56,056 nt of DNA from Candidatus Kaiserbacteria bacterium RIFCSPHIGHO2_01_FULL_46_22. Its GTDB lineage: Bacteria > Patescibacteriota > Minisyncoccia > Phycocordibacterales > UBA918. This document shows, in pieces, positions 8,541 through 16,902 of this stretch; within the stretch, counting starts at the first letter, position 1, and every line of letters starts with the position of its first letter. The notes under the pieces are model-generated. The model was not told the DNA's origin and did not search any database. It worked only from the letters and a program-made list of their open reading frames with translations. The translations under genes and the position numbers were made by a program. The stretch covers positions 148,311 through 204,366 of the forward strand of contig MFKO01000002.1 in assembly GCA_001779595.1 (NCBI GenBank), in the 5' to 3' direction.

Positions 8541-8566
8541 CCCGCCGCTTACGTGTAAGCGGCGGG
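8541..8566. terminator. GC-rich palindrome/terminator
   Basis: CCCGCCGCTTAC-GT-GTAAGCGGCGGG downstream of the 9001-8579 ORF. Confidence 0.6.
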
Positions 8567-8578
8567 ACTAGAACTTGG

Positions 8579-9001
8579 CTAAGTATTCATCCGACGTCTA
8601 GCCAGTGCTGTCGGGCCATGTACGGGTGGTCTGTACGACACGAAGTGTTTTTTTGAAGTAGGAAGCTCCTTCGGAGGAATTTCCACAACCTTCATTTTGC
8701 CATCAACCACTTGAATGTGGTGAACGATAAAATGTGGCAGTTCTTCTGCGACGGCTTCCGCAGTGACGACAATATATGCGGCCAGTATCTGACTTTCGTC
8801 AAAAATGACCACCACGTTGTCGTTATAAAGGCGGATATGCCTTTCTTTATATACAGCAGCTTCTGTCAGCTGCTTTTCAACTAGGTGATAGGCGCGTCTT
8901 TCGACAACAGATCCAAATTTCATTTCTGAATTTAGCTCCATCGCTGGCCTAAAAGCGATCAGTTCCTTTCCCTTTTGAGATTCGTAGATCAATATGTACA
9001 T
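8579..9001 (-). CDS. Hypothetical protein (ORFan-like, 140 aa)
   Basis: GGAGG SD 5 nt before ATG 9001; TTGCAA-17-(TGC)CATATT promoter; downstream hairpin. Confidence 0.7.
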   Translation of the reverse strand: MYILIYESQKGKELIAFRPAMELNSEMKFGSVVERRAYHLVEKQLTEAAVYKERHIRLYNDNVVVIFDESQILAAYIVVTAEAVAEELPHFIVHHIQVVDGKMKVVEIPPKELPTSKKHFVSYRPPVHGPTALARRRMNT

Positions 9002-9118
9002 TGGTACCTCCATTTCGGCCGACAGACAATATGGCATTTTGGGTCTTAAATTGCAAAAAGAGGCATAATTGACTGGTCAAAATCAGGTTAAAAACATAGA
9101 GCAAAAATGAACCAAATA

Positions 9119-9127
9119 TGCTATAAT
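9119..9127 (+). promoter_or_regulatory. Extended -10 promoter for gyrB
   Basis: TGC-TATAAT 26 nt upstream of ATG. Confidence 0.65.
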
Positions 9128-9138
9128 ACACGGGTTAA

Positions 9139-11235
<2,097 letters not shown>

Positions 11236-11250
11236 GTTTCATTAACCAAC

Positions 11251-11295
11251 ACATAATAAAAGCGCCGGCCCAAAGGGCCGGCGCTTTTATTATGT
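11251..11295. terminator. Bidirectional terminator
   Basis: 21-bp stem ACATAATAAAAGCGCCGGCCC-AAA-GGGCCGGCGCTTTTATTATGT between convergent genes. Confidence 0.85.
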
Positions 11296-11303
11296 AGATC
11301 AGT

Positions 11304-12107
11304 CTAGCGAACGTTCACTGTTGCAGTGAAGCCGTTATTAGCTGTGTTTGTATCACCATTAGTGTATACACTTACGTTAAATTTATGGCTTCCGTCGTCA
11401 TTATCAGTAACGAAAGCGATCGTTAGGGTAGCCATTTCACCAGGTTTAAGTGGCTGCTGAACATTTGACTTGAAGTCATCGCCATTTGGCAACTCAGCTT
11501 TGAAGTGCCAGTTACCAGAAGTCTTGGTGCCTAGGTTCTTTACGCGGAATTGTATCGCGCTCTGTTCCTCTGCCTCGAGGTAAGCAGTCGGAATAAAACG
11601 TTCACCACTCGTCATCTTACCAACCGCAACTAGAGAAATTTCAAGATCAGTGTAGCCATTTGGATTTGAAGTAGGTACTACGTAGGTAGTCACAGTTCGA
11701 TACTGAGGCGTAACAGGCTTTGGAGTTACTGTCGGAGTAGAAGTACCTGGGGTTGAAGTAGCAATCGGAGATTCCTCTTCCTCACTATCTTCCTCATCGT
11801 CGATTAGATCTTCACCGCCATCAACGACTACGACACCATCATCCTCTTCGTCAGTTGTCTCATCTGTTTCATCTGACTCGTCGTCTGAAGTACGTTCTTC
11901 CAGAGCGCGCTGATTATCATTAAAGACATTTGCTAGAGAGTTCCAAGCAGAAGGGATCATTCGCACAAATTGAATTGCTAGCCAAGCCAGCAATATAACT
12001 AGTACAACAAAGCCGACAATAGCTAAAACATTAGAAAGTGTCCAACCAGCCTTTAGTTCATCCTCCTTCAGAAGCAAGTCATCCTTCTTTTCAATCTGAT
12101 CGTTCAT
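11304..12107 (-). CDS. Membrane-anchored surface protein with acidic/Thr-Pro stalk and C-terminal CARDB/Ig-like domain
   Basis: TM near N-terminus, Asp/Glu-rich then ATSTPGTSTPT linker, then FRVKNLGTKTS...LKPGEMATL...NNGFTATV; start reassigned to ATG 12107. Confidence 0.75.
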   Translation of the reverse strand: MNDQIEKKDDLLLKEDELKAGWTLSNVLAIVGFVVLVILLAWLAIQFVRMIPSAWNSLANVFNDNQRALEERTSDDESDETDETTDEEDDGVVVVDGGEDLIDDEEDSEEEESPIATSTPGTSTPTVTPKPVTPQYRTVTTYVVPTSNPNGYTDLEISLVAVGKMTSGERFIPTAYLEAEEQSAIQFRVKNLGTKTSGNWHFKAELPNGDDFKSNVQQPLKPGEMATLTIAFVTDNDDGSHKFNVSVYTNGDTNTANNGFTATVNVR

Positions 12108-12213
12108 AAATTCGAATAAAATTAATGTCGCTATAATACATAATTTTAGCGGTTTGTCAACCCACAAGTTACGTATTGTGCTTACATTATGACGAACCTG
12201 CAGATTAATGAAC

Positions 12214-12241
12214 TTGACAAACCTATGTTTTCGTGTATTAT
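12214..12241 (+). promoter_or_regulatory. Sigma70 promoter for sortase
   Basis: TTGACA-16bp-TATTAT. Confidence 0.55.
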
Positions 12242-12260
12242 ATACGCAATTCTAAATTCT

Positions 12261-12917
12261 ATGTTTTCCAAGCTTATTAACGAAATATTGCCTCGATCTG
12301 GTGTATTTTTAGCCGTTTTCTTTGTCGTGATGAGTCTGGGATACAGCGTGCTTTACGCTATAGACTTCGTTCCAGAGCCTATTGCTACCGAGGAGAAGTC
12401 TGAAGAGACTATTGCTCCTTCTGTGCCTGAAATTACTAAACAGGAGGAAGAAGCGCCAGAGGTAATCGAGACGGGGGATCCACTACCTACGTCTATTACT
12501 ATCGACGCTCTTGATCGCACTATCACTGTCTTGAACCCCACCTCAAACAAGATCAGCGATCTTGATAACGCTCTCTTGAAGGGAGTGGTCCGTCACCCAG
12601 ACTCGGATGACTTAGTTGGTCCTGGTAATATCCTTATTCTCGGCCACTCTAGTTATCTTAAGAATGTCTTCAATAAGAACTTCCAGGCCTTCAATGGCAT
12701 ACAAAATCTCAACTGGGGCGACACTATCCGGGTAAAGAGCGGTGACGTTGAGTACACCTACAAGGTAGACCGTGTCTATAAGGCCGAAGCAAGCGATGTA
12801 AGCGTCAAAACTGGCGGAGATGAGCATAAGCTCACCCTAGTCACCTGTAACACCTTCGGTGCCAAGGAAGACCGCTTCATAGTTGAGGCCACATTAGTCT
12901 CCAAAAAAGCCCTCTAA
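12261..12917 (+). CDS. Sortase
   Basis: N-terminal TM; catalytic His (LGHSS), Cys (TLVTC) and Arg (EDRFIV). Confidence 0.92.
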   Translation: MFSKLINEILPRSGVFLAVFFVVMSLGYSVLYAIDFVPEPIATEEKSEETIAPSVPEITKQEEEAPEVIETGDPLPTSITIDALDRTITVLNPTSNKISDLDNALLKGVVRHPDSDDLVGPGNILILGHSSYLKNVFNKNFQAFNGIQNLNWGDTIRVKSGDVEYTYKVDRVYKAEASDVSVKTGGDEHKLTLVTCNTFGAKEDRFIVEATLVSKKAL

Positions 12918-12932
12918 ACAGGGGCTTTTTTT
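12903..12932 (+). terminator. Intrinsic terminator after sortase
   Basis: AAAAAAGCCC...GGGCTTTTTTT. Confidence 0.7.
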
Positions 12933-12937
12933 GTCTA

Positions 12938-12966
12938 TTGACTTTTAGATCATTTTGTGCTACACT
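12938..12966 (+). promoter_or_regulatory. Strong sigma70 promoter
   Basis: TTGACT-17bp-TACACT with TG extension. Confidence 0.65.
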
Positions 12967-13043
12967 AGTAGAAGTAATCAAAGTTTGCGTGTATAGTACC
13001 CGCAAGTAGTTCTCAACCTCGAACATTGAAATGGAGAGCAGAA

Positions 13044-13499
13044 ATGCCCGATAAGTATTGGAAGACTCTGGCGGCAATTGGATTCATCCTTTTTATTGCC
13101 TCAATCATCAGCGTATTCGGAACAAGTAAGGCCAACGCCGGCAACCGGTGCAAGCCACGCGTTCAGATCAACTGCCCGGTCAATCAGGCTCCCGGCGTGA
13201 AGTACCACGGTAACAAGGTGGTGAAGACTATCCGTGTCACCATCTGCCACAATCGCTGGCACGACCTGCGCGGTGGTCCTGGACAACGTTGGTGGGGCCT
13301 GACATACCGCTACACCGGCGGTGGACAGGAAAACATCAAAGAAATCCGATCGGAATGCACGACACGCAATGTGGTCTCTGGCACACGAGCCGGCAACGCT
13401 CACGACTGCCCACCTCCGGGTGAACGTCGCTCGCGCGGCCTCAAGTGGTACTGGACCCAACCCATGACCGTCAGTGGCGAAACCTACTGGGTCGGCTAG
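13044..13499 (+). CDS. Secreted/anchored Cys- and Trp-rich basic hypothetical protein
   Basis: Signal-peptide-like N-terminus, 5 Cys in mature part, GGAG SD upstream, hairpin downstream. Confidence 0.75.
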   Translation: MPDKYWKTLAAIGFILFIASIISVFGTSKANAGNRCKPRVQINCPVNQAPGVKYHGNKVVKTIRVTICHNRWHDLRGGPGQRWWGLTYRYTGGGQENIKEIRSECTTRNVVSGTRAGNAHDCPPPGERRSRGLKWYWTQPMTVSGETYWVG

Positions 13500-13505
13500 C
13501 TCTTC

Positions 13506-13533
13506 GGTCGGCGAGATTAATCTCTCGCCGACC
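13506..13533 (+). terminator. Hairpin after 13044 ORF
   Basis: GGTCGGCGAGA-TTAATC-TCTCGCCGACC; no U tract. Confidence 0.5.
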
Positions 13534-13538
13534 ACACA

Positions 13539-13612
13539 AATACCGCATCTAAATGGATGTCGGCGACGAAACATTGTTTCGTCTTCGTTATCCGGAGTGA
13601 TCCGGTGGTATT
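13539..13612 (+). ncRNA. Candidate four-way-junction cis-regulatory RNA upstream of the surface protein
   Basis: P1 AATACC/GGTATT, P2 GCATC/GATGT, P3 GACGAAAC/GTTTCGTC, P4 CCGGA-GTGA-TCCGG (GNRA loop). Confidence 0.4.
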
Positions 13613-13632
13613 AAAACAATTTATAATTATTT

Positions 13633-15342
13633 ATGAACAACATTATTAAACTTTCGATCATTTTCTCGTTTGCATTTTTGGTTATGGCTGCATTGCCTAC
13701 CAACGCAGTAAATGCTTACGGTACTAGTGGTTGTGGCGGCTGTGAAGGTGGTGGTGAAAGTGACGGCGGCGAAAAGCCTGATTGGCCTACCACTACTCCA
13801 AAGCCAGCTGAATGTAAGTTCCTAGAAGCTAACAAGACACAACTTCCTGCTGGAGGTGGTGATGTGAAGCTTTCTTGGAAGGCTGTTAACGCCAAAAGGG
13901 TAACTCTTACCGGCTTCGGTGACGTTAAGGCTGAAAACACTCGAACTGTATTCGTTAAGGATGACAAAACCTTCACCCTTACAGCTCATGGTGCCAATGG
14001 CAACGACGACTCTTGTACTGTAAAGATCAAGGTTGAAGAGCCAAAGGAGGTTGCAGTTTGTAAGTTCCTAGAAGCTAACAAGACACAACTTCCTGCCGGA
14101 GGTGGTGACGTAACCCTTACTTGGAAGACTGTAAACGCTAAAAACGTTTCAATCTCAGGTATCGGTGATGTTGCAGCTGAAGGTTCTAAGACTGTATCTG
14201 TAACCAGCACTAAGACCTTTACGCTTACCGCTAAGGGTGCTGGTGGCAACGACGCTTGTGTAGTTACTATCAAAGTAAAGGATGAACCAAACGACAAACC
14301 TGCCGTTTGTGAATACCTTACTGCTAACAAGACCCGTGTTGATGAGGATGGTGAGAACGTGACTCTCTCTTGGTCTACCAAGAATGCCACTTCAGTTTCT
14401 ATCTCTGGCATCGGCAACGTTGCTAAGAGTGGATCTAAGACTGTCTTCGTTGACAGTAACACCACTTTCACTTTGACAGCTGAAGGCACTGACGGTGATG
14501 ACACTTGTGCTGTAACTATCAAGGTTGATGAGGACCACGAAGGTCCAACTCCACGTTGTGATTACTTCCGTGTTGATAACGATGACGATATCGAGGTAGG
14601 CGACCGAGTTACTCTTGAGTGGGAAACTACCAATGCTGACGACGTTCGCATCAACCAGGGTATCGGATCTGTTAGCGACGATGGTTCAAAATCCGTAACA
14701 ATTGATGATGAATACACTGTATTCACATTGACTGCCCGCAATCTAGATGAAGACGAGGAGGATACTTGTACTGTCACTGTCCGCGCTGATGAAGACGAGG
14801 AGGATGATGAAGACGCTCCACGTTGTGATCTAGAAGTATCGAAGAGCCGCGTCAACCGTGGCGACCGAGTCACCCTTTCTTGGGAGACTACCGATGCTGA
14901 CCGAGTTCGCATCACTGACGATCGTGGCAACACCATCGTTAATACCACTAAATCTAGTCTAATGGATGGTGAAGTTGATTTGATCATCAACCAGACCACC
15001 GAATTCACTCTTAATGCTCGTGGCGATGACGGTTCTCGTACCTGCCGCGTGACTGTTAAGACTGACGACGATATCGCAGTTTATGAGAAGCGTGATCAGG
15101 GTTATGTTATTGCATTGACTCAGGTGCCATACACCGGATTTGAAGCAGGACCTACATTGACTCTTATCTTCTATGCGCTGTTGACCCTTTGGGCTCTCTT
15201 CACTGCATACATCTTGGTTATCAAGAAAGGTTCTATCCTCGGCTACTCTCTATACAAGGGTGCTGTAGCAAACGACACTGACCTTGAGAACCGAAAAAAA
15301 GTCGAAGCGCTGGTGGCGAAGTACACGGGACGCAGTTGGTAA
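13633..15342 (+). CDS. Surface protein with five Cys-bracketed Ig-like repeats and VPYTG sorting signal (putative sortase substrate)
   Basis: Signal peptide, CGGC, five ~82-90-aa repeats, VPYTG (15124-15138) followed by TM and KK. Confidence 0.85.
   Translation: MNNIIKLSIIFSFAFLVMAALPTNAVNAYGTSGCGGCEGGGESDGGEKPDWPTTTPKPAECKFLEANKTQLPAGGGDVKLSWKAVNAKRVTLTGFGDVKAENTRTVFVKDDKTFTLTAHGANGNDDSCTVKIKVEEPKEVAVCKFLEANKTQLPAGGGDVTLTWKTVNAKNVSISGIGDVAAEGSKTVSVTSTKTFTLTAKGAGGNDACVVTIKVKDEPNDKPAVCEYLTANKTRVDEDGENVTLSWSTKNATSVSISGIGNVAKSGSKTVFVDSNTTFTLTAEGTDGDDTCAVTIKVDEDHEGPTPRCDYFRVDNDDDIEVGDRVTLEWETTNADDVRINQGIGSVSDDGSKSVTIDDEYTVFTLTARNLDEDEEDTCTVTVRADEDEEDDEDAPRCDLEVSKSRVNRGDRVTLSWETTDADRVRITDDRGNTIVNTTKSSLMDGEVDLIINQTTEFTLNARGDDGSRTCRVTVKTDDDIAVYEKRDQGYVIALTQVPYTGFEAGPTLTLIFYALLTLWALFTAYILVIKKGSILGYSLYKGAVANDTDLENRKKVEALVAKYTGRSW
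13813..14096 (+). repeat. Intragenic repeat: 38-bp exact match between repeats 1 and 2
   Basis: TGTAAGTTCCTAGAAGCTAACAAGACACAACTTCCTGC at 13813-13850 and 14059-14096 (246-nt period). Confidence 0.9.
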
Positions 15343-15452
15343 TAAACCACTCCGCGGCCCCAGCGCCTGAACCCATCAGATATTCTGATGATGACACCCC
15401 GCCCAATCTGCCAGTAGGCAACTCACCTGAGTGGATCAAGTAAGATCCGAAA

Positions 15453-15494
15453 GGGCACGAAAAAACCGGACAGCTGTCCGGTTTTTTCGTGCCC
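15453..15494. terminator. Perfect 42-bp palindrome, bidirectional terminator
   Basis: GGGCACGAAAAAACCGGACAG|CTGTCCGGTTTTTTCGTGCCC between the convergent surface gene and thrS. Confidence 0.85.
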
Positions 15495-15504
15495 GATTAA
15501 CACC

Positions 15505-16719
15505 TTAAGCAATCGTCTTCTCCGAAATTTCCTTTTTCAACTTGGCAACTAAGGACTGGGGGTCTAGCTGTTCCGAACCGCCGGCTCGTGATTCGAGAGT
15601 TACATTTCCAGCTTCAATCTCCTTATCACCAATCACAGCAAAGTAGGGGAGTTTGTTCTGCTTAGCATTCCTGATCTTCTTACCCAATGATTCATTTGCG
15701 TCATCCAGAACGACACGAACACCAGCCGCTTTAAGCTCTGCAGCAATTTCTTTTGCTCTCTCGTGATGAGCCTCGCCAACCGGCAAAATAGCGATCTGCT
15801 CTGGCGCAAGCCAAAGCGGAAAAGCGCCGTTGTAATGTTCTATCAAGACAGCAGCACAACGTTCCAACGATCCTGCAATAGCAGCGTGGATCATCACGAT
15901 TCTTTCCTTCTCACCCTTTTCGTTAATACAAGTAAGGTCAAAACGCTCTGGAATGTTCATATCCAACTGAATAGTCGCCACCTGCCACTCGCGACCTGCG
16001 GCATTACTACCCATAAAGTCCAACTTTGGACCATACAAAGCCGCTTCGCCTGGCCCTTCAAAGAAATCAGCTCCACGCTCTTCAGCAATCGTACGAAGTT
16101 CACCCTCTGCCTGGTCCCAAATTTCTGGGGTACCTAGGTATTTTTCCGGTGCAGCAGGATCACGGAAAGAAAGACGTACTCGGAGTTTGAAACCAAAAGC
16201 CTTATAAAATGAATCGATGATGTCCCAGATTTTAAGGAACTCCTCTCTGACCTGACTGTGACGACAGAAAACGTGCGCATCATCTTGAGTTATCGACAAA
16301 ACACGGGTTAGACCGCCAAGCTCACCTGACTGTTCGTCACGGTATACCATCGTAGTTTCAGCATAGCGCTGTGGCATCTCTCGGTAGCTGTGTGGTTTAC
16401 GATCAAAGATCTGTGTGTGATGAGGGCAATTCATCGGTTTAAGTGCATATTCACGACCCTCTCTCGAGGTAATCCGAAAAAGCTCGTCCGCAAACTTGTC
16501 CCAATGACCACTACGTTCATATAGGTCTTTCTTAGTTATGTGCGGAATAGTTACTCTTTGATAACCGTACTGCTCACGCAACTGCCAAATGAAATTATCG
16601 ATCTCTTGGCGCAAAACAGTACCTTTCGGAGTCCAAAGAGGTAAACCTGGGCCAACCAACTCAGAGAATGTAAACAGGTCTAATTCACGCCCTATTTGTC
16701 TATGATCTCGTTCTTCCAT
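15505..16719 (-). CDS. thrS: Threonyl-tRNA synthetase lacking N-terminal editing domains
   Basis: DHRQIG start, KPMNCPHH, YRDEQSGELGGLTRV, LYGPKLDF, IHAAIAGSLER; C-terminal anticodon-binding domain. Confidence 0.97.
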   Translation of the reverse strand: MEERDHRQIGRELDLFTFSELVGPGLPLWTPKGTVLRQEIDNFIWQLREQYGYQRVTIPHITKKDLYERSGHWDKFADELFRITSREGREYALKPMNCPHHTQIFDRKPHSYREMPQRYAETTMVYRDEQSGELGGLTRVLSITQDDAHVFCRHSQVREEFLKIWDIIDSFYKAFGFKLRVRLSFRDPAAPEKYLGTPEIWDQAEGELRTIAEERGADFFEGPGEAALYGPKLDFMGSNAAGREWQVATIQLDMNIPERFDLTCINEKGEKERIVMIHAAIAGSLERCAAVLIEHYNGAFPLWLAPEQIAILPVGEAHHERAKEIAAELKAAGVRVVLDDANESLGKKIRNAKQNKLPYFAVIGDKEIEAGNVTLESRAGGSEQLDPQSLVAKLKKEISEKTIA

Positions 16720-16741
16720 AATAAATTTTATAAAGTTAAAT

Positions 16742-16898
16742 AAAAACCGCCCGAGGTACAAAGATGACTTAATGTCTTTGTACCTCGGGCGGTTTTAGCC
16801 GCGGTTCCACCGAGATTTATTACTTCATTAGAGGGCAGATTAGCCGCAGGTTGCGGACGGGATTCCGTTTGTGGTTGGTGGCCACAACAATCTCTGAT
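16742..16898 (-). ncRNA. T-box riboswitch (transcriptional) controlling thrS
   Basis: T-box AAATCTCGGTGGAACCGCG; antiterminator CTCGG-UGGAACC-GCGG-cuaaaa-CCGC-CCGAG; overlapping 18-bp terminator plus U tract; short Stem I with ACC in loop. Confidence 0.88.
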
Positions 16899-16902
16899 TT
16901 AG

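Noticed and set aside
13101-15008. Long antisense ORFs (13101-13574, 13986-14522, 14562-15008)
   Set aside because: Shadow frames of GC-rich or repetitive plus-strand genes; Ser/Val-rich composition mirrors the sense codons.
16720-16761. ORF-track thrS start at 16761
   Set aside because: Falls inside the T-box terminator; ATG 16719 gives the conserved DHR start.
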